From Deltaproteobacteria bacterium (GTDB lineage Bacteria > Desulfobacterota > GWC2-55-46): 60,829 nt of DNA. The stretch lies in the NCBI GenBank assembly GCA_016234855.1, contig JACRNO010000057.1, positions 1-60,829 of the forward strand, written 5' to 3'. The notes below the pieces were generated by a model that was not told where the DNA came from, did no database searches, and saw only the letters and a program-made list of their open reading frames with translations. The first letter of the stretch is position 1. Each line of letters opens with the position of its first letter. Positions 20,266-30,416 of this stretch are shown here, piece after piece. Made by a program: the position numbers and the translations under genes.

Positions 20266-20328
20266 TAAGAGAGTATCTTTTTCGCACAGCCTATTGTCAC
20301 GCATAACGCATAAGCGAGGTTTACATAG

Positions 20329-21168
20329 ATGGCCACCCAGTCAAAGAGCAGATTGACGATAGACCCAACCGCGATAATCCACCCGAGTGCCCGGCTTGCC
20401 GAAGGCGTCGAGGTAGGGGCATACAGCGTCATAGGCGAAGGCGTAGTCATAGGCGCGCACACGCGCGTCGGCCCGCACACGGTCATAGAGAAATGGACGA
20501 CCATAGGCAGGGGAAACGCCATATCCCAATTCGTCTCCATCGGGGCCGCTCCGCAGGATATCGGATACAAGGGCGAGAAGACCGAGGTGGTCATAGGCGA
20601 CAACAACGTCTTCCGCGAGTTCGTGACCGTACATCGCGCCACCACCAAGCAGAACAAGAAGACGGTCGTCGGCAACAACAACCTGTTCATGAACTACGTC
20701 CACGTCGCCCATGACTGCGTCCTGGGCGACAACATAATAATGGCGAACTCGGCCACGCTGGCCGGGCACGTCACCATAGACGCGAACGCCATCATCGGCG
20801 GGCTCGTGGCCATACACCAGCACGTGCGCATAGGCGCCTACTGCATCATAGGCGGCGCCTCGGCCGTGAGCAAGGACATCCCGCCCTACGTGCTTGCCGT
20901 GGGCAACCGCGCCAAGCTCTACGGGCTGAACAGCATAGGGCTTCGCAGGCAGGGTTTCTCAAAGGCGGCGCTCGACGAGATAAAAAGGGCGTATACCATA
21001 ATCTTCAGGTCTTCGCTCACGCTCAGCCAGGCCGCCGAGACGCTTGAGAAGGAACTGCCCTCTTCGGAGCACGCCGCAAGGTTCACAGCGTTCATAAAAG
21101 GCTCGAAGCGCGGCATAGCCCGCGAGAGGTCGAAGGCGAGGAAGAGCGATGCGGAAGACCAGGATTAA
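20329..21168 (+). CDS. lpxA: Acyl-ACP--UDP-N-acetylglucosamine O-acyltransferase
   Basis: IGAAPQD, REFVTVHRAT, HVAHDC, ATLAGHV, GLNSIGLRR. Confidence 0.96.
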   Translation: MATQSKSRLTIDPTAIIHPSARLAEGVEVGAYSVIGEGVVIGAHTRVGPHTVIEKWTTIGRGNAISQFVSIGAAPQDIGYKGEKTEVVIGDNNVFREFVTVHRATTKQNKKTVVGNNNLFMNYVHVAHDCVLGDNIIMANSATLAGHVTIDANAIIGGLVAIHQHVRIGAYCIIGGASAVSKDIPPYVLAVGNRAKLYGLNSIGLRRQGFSKAALDEIKRAYTIIFRSSLTLSQAAETLEKELPSSEHAARFTAFIKGSKRGIARERSKARKSDAEDQD

Positions 21169-22090
21169 GTGCGCGGTCATAGGCGTGGGCTACCTCGGAA
21201 GCCTTCACGCGCAAAAATACGCGATGCTCCCGGAAGCCGAGCTCATCGGCGTGGTTGACGCGGATTTTAAACGCGCCGAAGAAATCGCGGCCAGGCACAA
21301 TACCGTTGCCTTCAGGTCGTACGAAGAGCTTTTCGGCAAGGTGGACGCGGTCTCCATTGCCACGCCCACGGCCTATCACCACGAGGCCGGCATGGCCTTT
21401 CTGAAAAGGGGCGTCGACTGCCTCATAGAAAAACCCGTGGCAACGACAACGGCCGAGGCCCGCTCGCTCGTCGATGAGGCCGCCGCGAGCAAGGCCGTGC
21501 TGCAGGTCGGACACATCGAACGCTTCAACGCGGCCGTTGCCGCGCTCGCCGGGCGCCTCAATGACGTATCGTTCATCCATGCCAGGAGGCTGTCGCCCTT
21601 TCCAAACAGGAGCACGGACGTTGACGTAGTGCTCGACCTCATGATACACGATATCGACATCGTCCTCAGCATCGTAAGGTCGGAGGTGACCTCCGTCGAC
21701 GCCGCCGGCGTCCCGCTCGTATCGCGGATGACCGACTTCGCCTCGGCGCGAGTTGCCTTTGCCAACGGCTGCAAGGCCGATATCGTCGCAAGCAGGGTCT
21801 CGAACGAGCGCGAGCGCAAGCTCATCGTCTTCCAGCCCGGCCAATATTTCACCGTGGACTGCGCCACCCAGCGCCTGAGCGTATCGCGCGCGGCGCAAGG
21901 CGGCGCGCCGTCGGTAACCGAAGAGGACGTCTCCATCGAGAAGCGCGACGCGCTCCTCGAGGAGATACGCGCCTTCCTCCAATCCTCGGCCACAAGACAG
22001 CGCCCGCTGGTGACCGGCGAAGACGCCCTCGCCGCGCTCAGCGTGGCCGAGGCAATCGCCGCGTCCATCGCAAGGAACGCGGCCGGATAA
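21149..22090 (+). CDS. Gfo/Idh/MocA oxidoreductase (GnnA-like)
   Basis: GVGYLG Rossmann motif, IEKP, QVGHIERFN, DLMIHDID; between lpxA and lpxB. Confidence 0.85.
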   Translation: MRKTRIKCAVIGVGYLGSLHAQKYAMLPEAELIGVVDADFKRAEEIAARHNTVAFRSYEELFGKVDAVSIATPTAYHHEAGMAFLKRGVDCLIEKPVATTTAEARSLVDEAAASKAVLQVGHIERFNAAVAALAGRLNDVSFIHARRLSPFPNRSTDVDVVLDLMIHDIDIVLSIVRSEVTSVDAAGVPLVSRMTDFASARVAFANGCKADIVASRVSNERERKLIVFQPGQYFTVDCATQRLSVSRAAQGGAPSVTEEDVSIEKRDALLEEIRAFLQSSATRQRPLVTGEDALAALSVAEAIAASIARNAAG

Positions 22091-22111
22091 GACCGGCGCG
22101 CGCCCGTTTAT

Positions 22112-22445
22112 TCAGGGCTAATCCCCCGACCCACGCCAAGTGGCGTGGGTACCCCGCCCCCTTTTTCAAAGGGCGATGTTTTAAAAATCCCCACTTTGAA
22201 AAGGGGGGCAAGGGGGGATTTTGAGAGAGGTGCGGGGTCGTGAGCAATTGAAGGGCATTCGTAAAAGACCCACTTTAAAATCCCCCTTAGTCCCCCTTCT
22301 ACGAAGGGGGATGTTAAAAATCCCCTTTTTTTTCAAAGTGAGAGGTTTAAGCCCTGAGTCTTCTGTTAGACTTTGGTTAGAGGGTTGTCAGGGCTAAAGC
22401 CCTGAGCTACGGGTAATGACTTTGTATCTCAGACCTTCAGGTCTG
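22112..22445. repeat. Composite repeat: GTAG REP split by a 228-bp C/G-tract repeat insertion, plus further GTAG REPs
   Basis: tcagggcta|22121-22348|aagccctgag; intact tcagggctaaagccctgagctac at 22388-22410; gtatctcagaccttcaggtctg at 22424-22445. Confidence 0.75.
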
Positions 22446-22535
22446 TATCCTCGCGATGACAACCGTCGAATCGATCATAGATTCCCCAAGACGTGTGGCT
22501 GCGCAATAGCGGGCCGATCAAGCCGCAAACCAGAA

Positions 22536-23675
22536 ATGAACAAACGCGTCTTTATCATAGGCGGCGAAGAGTCCGGCGACGTGCACGGCGCCGCGCTCAT
22601 CAACGAGCTCAAGGCGGTCATGCCCGGAATCCAGGTCGAGGGCATGGGCGGCGGCCGCATGCGCGCCGCGGGCCTCACGGGCCTTGACTCGAAAGAGGTC
22701 TCGGTCGTCGGCATAGCCGAGGTCATCGAAAAGCTGCCAAGGCTGTGGCGCGCCTACAACTCGCTCAAGAGGCGGCTTGCCGACGGCGGCTTCGACGCGG
22801 TCGTGCTCATAGACTTCCCGGACTTCAACCTGCACATGGCGCGGGTGGCCGGAAGGCTCGGCATCCCGGTCATATATTACATAAGCCCGCAGGTCTGGGC
22901 GTGGAGGCGCGGCAGGATAAAGACGATTGCGCGCCTGGTCAGGAAGATGCTCGTCGTATTCCCGTTCGAGGCCGCGCTCTATGAAAAGGCGGGCGTGGAC
23001 GTGACCTATGTCGGCCATCCGCTCGTGGATATGGCGCGCACGGAAATAACCGGGGCCGACGCCCGGCGCTCGCTCGGCATAGACGAAGCCTCCACCGTGA
23101 TTTCACTCCTTCCCGGAAGCAGATCAGGCGAGATAAGCCGCATCCTTCCAATCATGCTCAACGCGGGCAAGGCCGTTAACAAGGCCCTTGGCAGGGACGT
23201 CGTCTATCTCCTTCCGGCTGCGGCATCCATAGAAGACGCCTTGCTCGCGCGCTTTATCGGGAATAGCCGGATAAGGCCGCGCATAGTGCGCGGCGCCATG
23301 TACGCGGCGCTGCGCGCCTCGGACGCCGCAATAGTGACCTCCGGCACCGCCACGCTCGAGACCGCCCTCATTGGCACGCCCATGGCCATCGTTTACAAGA
23401 TGTCGCCTCTGAGCGCGGTCTTCGGAAGGCTCCTTGTGCGGGGCAGGTTCGTGGGTCTGCCGAATATCGTGCTCAACAGGGCGGTCGTGCCGGAACTCCT
23501 CCAGGAAGCCGCAACCGCCGCCAATATCTCAAGAGAACTCGTCTCGCTCGTCAGCGACGTCGAAAGGCGCAAGGCCATGCTCAAGGGTTTTGACGAGGTA
23601 CGCGCCGCGCTCGGCGCTGGCGGGGCCGCGCATAGGGCCGCCGTCGCCGTAAAAGAGGTCATGACACAATCATAA
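22536..23675 (+). CDS. lpxB: Lipid-A-disaccharide synthase
   Basis: GEESGDVHG, IDFPDFN, YYISPQVWAWR, LLPGSR, SGTATLE. Start moved to ATG 22536. Confidence 0.96.
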   Translation: MNKRVFIIGGEESGDVHGAALINELKAVMPGIQVEGMGGGRMRAAGLTGLDSKEVSVVGIAEVIEKLPRLWRAYNSLKRRLADGGFDAVVLIDFPDFNLHMARVAGRLGIPVIYYISPQVWAWRRGRIKTIARLVRKMLVVFPFEAALYEKAGVDVTYVGHPLVDMARTEITGADARRSLGIDEASTVISLLPGSRSGEISRILPIMLNAGKAVNKALGRDVVYLLPAAASIEDALLARFIGNSRIRPRIVRGAMYAALRASDAAIVTSGTATLETALIGTPMAIVYKMSPLSAVFGRLLVRGRFVGLPNIVLNRAVVPELLQEAATAANISRELVSLVSDVERRKAMLKGFDEVRAALGAGGAAHRAAVAVKEVMTQS

Positions 23676-23904
23676 AACAGGTTACCCGTCAGCCTGACCC
23701 CTCAACCACCGTCCCCCGCTCCCTCGTTACTCCTCAATCCCTGACGCCATATCAAAAAAATGATTAAATTCCTCAAGGAATCATGCTAATATATTGTAGA
23801 TAATTTGTCTTTGATGTTTGATTTCTTCCAGACATCCCTCCTGCAACCCCAAATGCAGGAGGTCCGCGAGCAGATGATTATCCCGTAATCGCCGGAGCAT
23901 CACA

Positions 23905-26259
23905 ATGGCGCAAACCCAAAAGACCAAGGCCGCGCTCATGGAAGAATGCGCGGAGCTCAAGCAGAGGCTCGCGGCCCTCGAAGAAAAGGACCGGTTCATC
24001 AGATGCGCCTATGACCTGGCACGCATCGGCGTCTGGGAATACGACGTCAGCGCCGACAGGACGTCATGCTCCGACGGCACATACAAGATATTCGAATACA
24101 AACCGGAACAGACCAATCTCAATCCAGGAGCATTCCTCGACAGGGTTCATCCCGATGACAGAGAGCGGGTGCAGGCATTCCTTGGCGACGCCGCCGGCAA
24201 AAAAAACGCTACGGGGGAGATCGACTATCGCCTGCGCCTGCCCTCGGGCGCCGAACCTGTCGTTCACTCGAATATCAACTTCACCTACGACGAGAACGGC
24301 AACCTCATTAACATGCTGGGCACCACCCAGGACGTAACCGAGGCAAAACGCGCCGAGGAGTTTCTGCGCCGTTCCGAGGAGAACTTCCGAAGCCTCATGA
24401 TGAATAACCCGGTGGCGATTGCCGTTACGAACAGGGATGGCCAATGCATGACCGCCAACCCGGCTATGGTCAAGATCTTCGGGTACGACGACGAGGAAGA
24501 CTTCAAAAGGGTGCCTGTCTACCTGCACTACCACGATATCGAGGACAGAAAACAGCTCTATGCGGCGCTTGAACGCGACGGCATGGTCAGGGACTTTCCG
24601 GTCACCGCAAAGAGAAAGGACGGCACCCTCTACTACGGCGCGCTTACATCGGTATATATAAAGACGAAGAGCGGCGGCTACGAGATGCTCACCATGTTCG
24701 TTGACATCACCGAGCGCAAGCGTCACGAGGCGGAACTCAAGCAAACGATCGAATTCCTCAACGAGGCGCAGACGATGGCCCACATGGGCAGCTTTGATTG
24801 GGACCTCGTTACAAACGTAATCACCGGGTCTGACGAGGCCTACCGCATATTCGGCTACAATAAGGATGAGCTCACCGTCACTTACCCGGTCTTCCTTGAT
24901 TCCGTGCACACGAACGACAAAGATTGCGTCGTGAAGTCCCTGGAGAGCGCAATCCTCAATAAAAAATCCTTTGACATGGAATATCGCATCATACGCACGG
25001 ACGGAGAGGAACGCACCATACACGGACGCGGGGCGGTCGCATACGGCCACGAAGACAAGCCGGTAAGGATGTACGGCACGGTGCAGGACATAACCGAACG
25101 GAAGAGACTCGACGCCGAACTCCTGCGCGCGCAGAAACTCGAGACCATCGGCGGGCTCGCCGGAGGCATCGCCCACGACTTCAACAACCTCCTGCTCGGC
25201 ATAATCGGCAACGTCTCTCTCGCAAAGAACTTCGTAAGGCCGGACGACAAGGTCTTCAGTTTTCTCAACAACATCGAGAAGACGGCCATGCGCACCAAAG
25301 ACCTTACCCGCCAGCTCCTGACCTTCTCAAAGGGCGGAGAACCCATAAGGGAGGCCGCGCCGGTAAATCAACTGGTGAAGGACTGCGCCGCGCTCGTGCT
25401 GCGCGGCTCGAACATCGAATGCAAGTACGACTTTCCGGAAGACCTGCATAACGTCGATATCGACGAAGGCCAGATATCCCAGGTCTTCAACAACATCATC
25501 CTCAACGCGCGCCACGCCATGCTCGGCAACGGCGGCCGCGTAATAAACATAACCGCGAGAAACGTCCGGCTCGCCGAGACCAACGGCGTCCCGCTTCGCG
25601 ATGGCGACTACGTCAGGATTACCGTTAAGGACTCCGGCCCGGGCATAGCGCCGAATATCATCCACAAGATATTCGATCCGTTCTTCACCACCCAGGAGCG
25701 CGCGAGCGGACTCGGACTGGCCATATCATACTCCATCATCAAAAAACACGGCGGCCACGTCTGTGTCGAGTCCCGCGAGGGGCGCGGCGCGTCCTTTGAC
25801 GTCTATCTGCCCGCGGTTACCGTTGCCAACGCCGGACGCGCCATCCAGAGCGTTGTCGAGACCGGGCCCGCAGGTTCCGGCAAGGTGCTCGTGATGGACG
25901 ACGAAGAGGTGGTGCGCGACGTCTCAGGGGAAATGCTGAAACTCCTCGGATACGACGCGGACTTCGCAACCGACGGGGGCCAGGCCGTGGAGATGTACAG
26001 GAAGGCATGGGACGCGGGCGCGCCGTACGCGGCGGTCATCATGGACCTGTCCGTCCCCGGGGCCATGGGCGGCAAAGACGCCATAGGAAAACTCCTTGAG
26101 ATAGACCCCGGGGTCAAGACTATCGTGTCGAGCGGCTACTCAAAAGACCCGATAATGTCCGACTTCAAAAAATACGGGTTTACGGACGTCATAGCAAAGC
26201 CGTACAGGGTCTCGGAGTTCAGCCGGATAGTCAAGGGCGTAATTACGGGCAAATCATGA
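23905..26259 (+). CDS. Cytoplasmic hybrid histidine kinase (3 PAS, HisKA, HATPase, receiver)
   Basis: VHPDDRE-type PAS motifs, AHDFNNLL, NIILNARHAM, DSGPGI, GLGLA, VLVMDDE...IMDL...KPY. Confidence 0.93.
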   Translation: MAQTQKTKAALMEECAELKQRLAALEEKDRFIRCAYDLARIGVWEYDVSADRTSCSDGTYKIFEYKPEQTNLNPGAFLDRVHPDDRERVQAFLGDAAGKKNATGEIDYRLRLPSGAEPVVHSNINFTYDENGNLINMLGTTQDVTEAKRAEEFLRRSEENFRSLMMNNPVAIAVTNRDGQCMTANPAMVKIFGYDDEEDFKRVPVYLHYHDIEDRKQLYAALERDGMVRDFPVTAKRKDGTLYYGALTSVYIKTKSGGYEMLTMFVDITERKRHEAELKQTIEFLNEAQTMAHMGSFDWDLVTNVITGSDEAYRIFGYNKDELTVTYPVFLDSVHTNDKDCVVKSLESAILNKKSFDMEYRIIRTDGEERTIHGRGAVAYGHEDKPVRMYGTVQDITERKRLDAELLRAQKLETIGGLAGGIAHDFNNLLLGIIGNVSLAKNFVRPDDKVFSFLNNIEKTAMRTKDLTRQLLTFSKGGEPIREAAPVNQLVKDCAALVLRGSNIECKYDFPEDLHNVDIDEGQISQVFNNIILNARHAMLGNGGRVINITARNVRLAETNGVPLRDGDYVRITVKDSGPGIAPNIIHKIFDPFFTTQERASGLGLAISYSIIKKHGGHVCVESREGRGASFDVYLPAVTVANAGRAIQSVVETGPAGSGKVLVMDDEEVVRDVSGEMLKLLGYDADFATDGGQAVEMYRKAWDAGAPYAAVIMDLSVPGAMGGKDAIGKLLEIDPGVKTIVSSGYSKDPIMSDFKKYGFTDVIAKPYRVSEFSRIVKGVITGKS

Positions 26260-27395
26260 AACAGGCGCGCATATACCTCGATAACGCCGCCACGTCTTTC
26301 CCCAAACCGCAGTCCGTATACGCCCGCATAGACGAGATTTTGCGGGTGATAAGCGGCAACCCGGGCCGCGCCAGCCACAGGATGGCGCTTGAGGCCTCGC
26401 GCGTCATCTTCCGCGCGAGAGAGGCCGCGGCGCGGCTTATCAACGCGCCCGATTCGGCAAGGATCGCCTTTACAAAGAACACGACCGAGGCCATAAACAT
26501 AGGGCTTAAGGGCCTCTTAAAGCCGCAAGACCACATCGTCACGACCTCGTTCGAGCACAACTCGGTGGTAAAGACCCTGAGCCACCTCGAAACGCTCGGC
26601 GTCACGGTCACAAAGGTGCGGCCGGACGCCTTCGGCGTCATCAACCCGGCGGCCGTGGACAAGGCCGTCACCGCAAAGACGAAGGCCGTCTGCATGACGC
26701 ACGCATCCAACGTCTTCGGCGCCATAGAGCCGGTCGCGGAGGTCGGCGCGATCTGCAGGAAGCGCGGGGTAATCTTCATGGTCGACGGGGCGCAGACCCT
26801 CGGCGCGCTGCCGGTCGACGTCGAGGCCATGCACATCGACGTCCTCGCGGCGGCCGGGCACAAGTCCCTCTTCGGCCCGCAGGGCACCGGGTTCATCTAC
26901 GTAAGACAGGGGCTTGAACTGCCGCCCATCATCCACGGCGGCACCGGGGAGATAGACACCGTCCTTGAGATGCCGGAGCGGCTCGAGTGCGGCACCATGA
27001 ACACGCCCGGGGTCGGCGGACTCGGCGCGGGCATCGAGTTCATCCTCAACCAGGGGGTCAAGGAGATTCGCCGCCACGAGGAATCCATCATCCGCCAACT
27101 GCTCGAAGGCCTTGCCCCGGTCAAGGGCGTAAACATCCTCGGCCCGGCCACGGCCGGGGAACGCGTCTCGCTCGTCTCATTCAACATAAACGGCATCGCG
27201 CCAGCCGAGGTGGGCAGGCGCCTTGACGAAGACTACGGGGTAATGGTCAGGACGGGCGCGCACTGCGCGCCAGAGGCGCACCGCGAGGCGCTAACCTACC
27301 CTGACGGCGCGGTCAGGGTCAGCCCCGGGTACTTCAGCACACCCGCTGAGATAGACGAATTCCTGCGGGCGATAAGGGAGACGGCCAAAGGGTAA
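26256..27395 (+). CDS. Class V PLP enzyme, cysteine desulfurase family
   Basis: IYLDNAATSFPKP, DGAQ, GHKSLFGPQGTG, RTGAHCAP; ATGA overlap with the kinase gene. Confidence 0.9.
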   Translation: MKQARIYLDNAATSFPKPQSVYARIDEILRVISGNPGRASHRMALEASRVIFRAREAAARLINAPDSARIAFTKNTTEAINIGLKGLLKPQDHIVTTSFEHNSVVKTLSHLETLGVTVTKVRPDAFGVINPAAVDKAVTAKTKAVCMTHASNVFGAIEPVAEVGAICRKRGVIFMVDGAQTLGALPVDVEAMHIDVLAAAGHKSLFGPQGTGFIYVRQGLELPPIIHGGTGEIDTVLEMPERLECGTMNTPGVGGLGAGIEFILNQGVKEIRRHEESIIRQLLEGLAPVKGVNILGPATAGERVSLVSFNINGIAPAEVGRRLDEDYGVMVRTGAHCAPEAHREALTYPDGAVRVSPGYFSTPAEIDEFLRAIRETAKG

Positions 27396-27524
27396 GGCAC
27401 GCGCCTTTGCATAGGCACAAACATTGACCCGGCCCCTTTTTGTATTTGCCTGAATCTTCCGCGAGACGGGCATGGGCCTCTGAAAGACCCTCCGTTAACA
27501 TTACCAAGGTGAAAGAAGAAACGG

Positions 27525-28544
27525 ATGCTCATCCTCGGCATAGAGACATCATGCGACGACACGGCGGCTGCCGTGGTCGAAGACGGCGCGCTTGCGCGCT
27601 CTTCCGTGGTATCGTCCCAGGACTCCATACACGCCAGGTACGGCGGCATAGTGCCGGAGCTCGCCTCGCGCCGCCATATCGAGATGATAATACCGGTCGT
27701 TGACGAGGCGCTTGCCGCGGCAGGGGTGAAGATTAACGATATCGACGGCATAGCCGTCACGCAAGGCCCCGGACTCGTCGGCTCGATACTCGTCGGGCTC
27801 TCCTTTGCAAAGGCCGTATCCCTCTCGACCGGCATACCCATCACGGGCGTAAACCACATAACCGCGCACACTCACGCGGCGTTCCTGCGCGAGCCAGGCG
27901 CGCCGGACGCGCCGCCGGACCTGCCCTTTGTGGCGCTTATCGCCTCGGGCGGACATACGACCCTTCTCCTGCAGGAGACCCATACCGCATATCGCATACT
28001 CGGGCAGACCCGCGACGACGCGGCTGGCGAGGCCTTCGACAAGCTCGCAAAGCTCCTCGGCCTCGGATACCCCGGCGGCGCGATCATAGACAGGCTCGCT
28101 AAAGAAGGGCTGGCCACTGCCTTTCCGTTTACAAGGCCGTATCTGGCAAAGGGCAGCCTTGACTTCAGTTTTTCAGGCATCAAGACGGCCGCCATGACCG
28201 TCATCAAGGGGCTTGACCCCGCTCCCGACCATAAGACCGTATGCGACATCGCCGCCTCGTTCCAGGAGGCGGCTGTGGACGTGCTCGTAAAAAAGTCGCT
28301 CTGGGCGGTAAAGGCGACCGGAGCGCGCTCGCTCGTGGCCGCTGGCGGGGTGGCATGCAACTCGCGCCTGCGCGAACGCCTCGCCCAGGCCGCGACAGCG
28401 GAGGGGATAAACCTCTCCATCCCGCCACCGCGCTTTTGCAGCGACAACGGAGCAATGATAGCCGCCCTCGGCTATTATCAATTCAAGGACGGCCGCACGG
28501 CCGATATGACGTTGAACGCCGTGCCCGCGTGGGACGGATTTTAG
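27525..28544 (+). CDS. tsaD: tRNA N6-threonylcarbamoyltransferase
   Basis: LGIETSCDDT, GGIVPELASRRH, HITAH, SGGHT, DDAAGEAFDK, DNGAMIA. Confidence 0.97.
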   Translation: MLILGIETSCDDTAAAVVEDGALARSSVVSSQDSIHARYGGIVPELASRRHIEMIIPVVDEALAAAGVKINDIDGIAVTQGPGLVGSILVGLSFAKAVSLSTGIPITGVNHITAHTHAAFLREPGAPDAPPDLPFVALIASGGHTTLLLQETHTAYRILGQTRDDAAGEAFDKLAKLLGLGYPGGAIIDRLAKEGLATAFPFTRPYLAKGSLDFSFSGIKTAAMTVIKGLDPAPDHKTVCDIAASFQEAAVDVLVKKSLWAVKATGARSLVAAGGVACNSRLRERLAQAATAEGINLSIPPPRFCSDNGAMIAALGYYQFKDGRTADMTLNAVPAWDGF

Positions 28545-28573
28545 AGTCGGCACAAGTCCCTGCATCTATTTGT

Positions 28574-28636
28574 TCAGGGCTGAAGCCCTCCACTACTCAA
28601 GACAACGCCTGTGTAGCTCAGACCTTTAGGTCTGAG
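28574..28636. repeat. Two GTAG-type REPs in back-to-back arrangement
   Basis: tcagggctgaagccctccactac and gtagctcagacctttaggtctgag. Confidence 0.7.
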
Positions 28637-28707
28637 TCTTCACGCAATAAAGACTTTCAACAAGCCACTGAAACCGCTACCCAACACGCCATCGGCGCCA
28701 AGGACAG

Positions 28708-29553
28708 ATGAATATAAAGACCCCGCACCCGAAGAAACGGCTCGGCCAGCACTTTCTTATCGACAAGAGCGTCGTAAGGAGGATTGTCGCCGCAGCCGGA
28801 ATTGCCCCGGATGAATTAGTCGTCGAGATTGGCCCTGGCACGGGCGCGCTCACGGAAGGGTTATTGGAGGCAGGGACGCGCGTCATTGCCATAGAGACCG
28901 ACGCGGGGCTTGCAGCGCACCTCAAAGCGAAGTTCGTCAATGCGGTATCCACCGGACGCCTTGAGATAATCGCGGCGGATGCGCTCAAGGTCTCATTCAT
29001 CGATATCTGCAAGGCCGCCGGGACAAAGGCCAAGGCCGTCTCCAACCTCCCGTACAACATCTCCGGGCCCATAATGACCCGGCTGATAAACGAGCGGTCG
29101 GCGTTCAGCCTGATGGTGCTCATGCTCCAGAAGGAGGTCGCGGAAAGGCTCGTGGCCAAACCCGGCTCAAAGGCATACGGCATACTCTCGATACTCTCGC
29201 AACTCCACGCCGATATCAATATGGAATTCAATCTGCCCCCGTCGGTCTTCTTTCCGCAGCCGAAGGTCGAGTCTTCCGTGGTCAGGCTCGTGCCTTTAGC
29301 CGCGCCGCGCGTCCCCGTGCCGGACGAGGCGTTCTTCAGAAAGGTCGTCGTCTCGTCTTTCAGCACGCGGCGAAAGACCCTGCCTAATTCGCTCAAACCC
29401 CTCGGCATCGCTCCTGCCGGAGTCAAGGCCGCCATCGTAGGATGCAACATAGACCCCGGCAGGAGGGGCGAGACACTGTCGCTCGAAGAATGGGGAAAAC
29501 TGGCCTCGGCGCTCAAGGCGGTTGAGGGCGCAAACCGGGCAAGTCTGAATTAA
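28708..29553 (+). CDS. rsmA: 16S rRNA adenine dimethyltransferase
   Basis: KKRLGQHFL, EIGPGTG, NLPYNIS, LQKEVAERL. Confidence 0.96.
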   Translation: MNIKTPHPKKRLGQHFLIDKSVVRRIVAAAGIAPDELVVEIGPGTGALTEGLLEAGTRVIAIETDAGLAAHLKAKFVNAVSTGRLEIIAADALKVSFIDICKAAGTKAKAVSNLPYNISGPIMTRLINERSAFSLMVLMLQKEVAERLVAKPGSKAYGILSILSQLHADINMEFNLPPSVFFPQPKVESSVVRLVPLAAPRVPVPDEAFFRKVVVSSFSTRRKTLPNSLKPLGIAPAGVKAAIVGCNIDPGRRGETLSLEEWGKLASALKAVEGANRASLN

Positions 29554-29696
29554 ACGGCCTTTACGAAGGCAGGGTCTTCTGATATTATATGCTGTATATG
29601 CAACCGTAATCTCGTGGTTTATAAACCAAATAACTACACGCTGCAGGCTGCCGATTACCCGTCAACAGGCTGCGGATAACAACTGACAGCACTGTA

Positions 29697-30416
29697 ATGG
29701 AAAATCTTCGCTATATCACCATAGAAGGCCCCATAGGCGTCGGCAAGACGAGCCTCGTCGAGCTGCTTGCCTGTGAGTTCAACGGCAAGACGCTGATTGA
29801 AGACGCCGAAGGCAACCCATTTCTACCCAGATTTTACGGAGATACGCGCAAACACGCCCTTCAGACGCAGCTCTTCTTCCTCCTTAACCGATATCAGCAG
29901 CAAAAAGAGCTTGCGCAGCAGGACCTCTTCGACGGCGTTATAATTTCCGACTATCTTTTTGCCAAAGACCGGATATTCGCCTACCTGAACCTCGACGAGA
30001 ACGAACTGGCCCTGTACGAGCAGGTCTACAGGCTCCTTGACGCCAAGATACGCAAACCCGACCTCGTCATCTATCTTCAGGCGTCGACCGACGTGCTCCT
30101 CGACAGGATAAGGCAGCGCGCAAAGACATTTGAGAGGGATATAAAGGAAGAGTATCTCCTGCGGCTCATCGACTCGTACAACAGATACTTCTTCTACTAC
30201 AACGACACCCCGCTTCTCGTGGTCAACACAACCGAGATAGACTTCGTGAATAACGAGGCGGACCTCAAGGGGCTCGCCAAAAAGATAAAGTCCATGAAGG
30301 GCGGCAAGGAATATTTCATGCCGATGGCCTCCAGAGAGCCCTTATTCGAGGCCGTCGACTACCCAAAACCAACGGAGATCAAGCATGAAGAAGATAACGG
30401 TACCGGACATCGTTAA
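29697..30416 (+). CDS. Deoxynucleoside kinase
   Basis: IEGPIGVGKTS P-loop, TQLFFLLNR, SDYLFAKDRIFA, PDLVIYLQA. Confidence 0.92.
   Translation: MENLRYITIEGPIGVGKTSLVELLACEFNGKTLIEDAEGNPFLPRFYGDTRKHALQTQLFFLLNRYQQQKELAQQDLFDGVIISDYLFAKDRIFAYLNLDENELALYEQVYRLLDAKIRKPDLVIYLQASTDVLLDRIRQRAKTFERDIKEEYLLRLIDSYNRYFFYYNDTPLLVVNTTEIDFVNNEADLKGLAKKIKSMKGGKEYFMPMASREPLFEAVDYPKPTEIKHEEDNGTGHR

Noticed and set aside
22416-22535. N-terminal extensions of lpxB, gnd (39264-39521), aspS, glk and lysS in the ORF track
   Set aside because: They run through repeats, intergenic DNA or upstream genes; family N-termini, and SD sites where present, support the later starts.
26256-27395. Selenium-utilisation locus or stop-codon recoding
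   Set aside because: No selD or yedF neighbours, and no in-frame TGA/TAG readthrough candidates were noticed.
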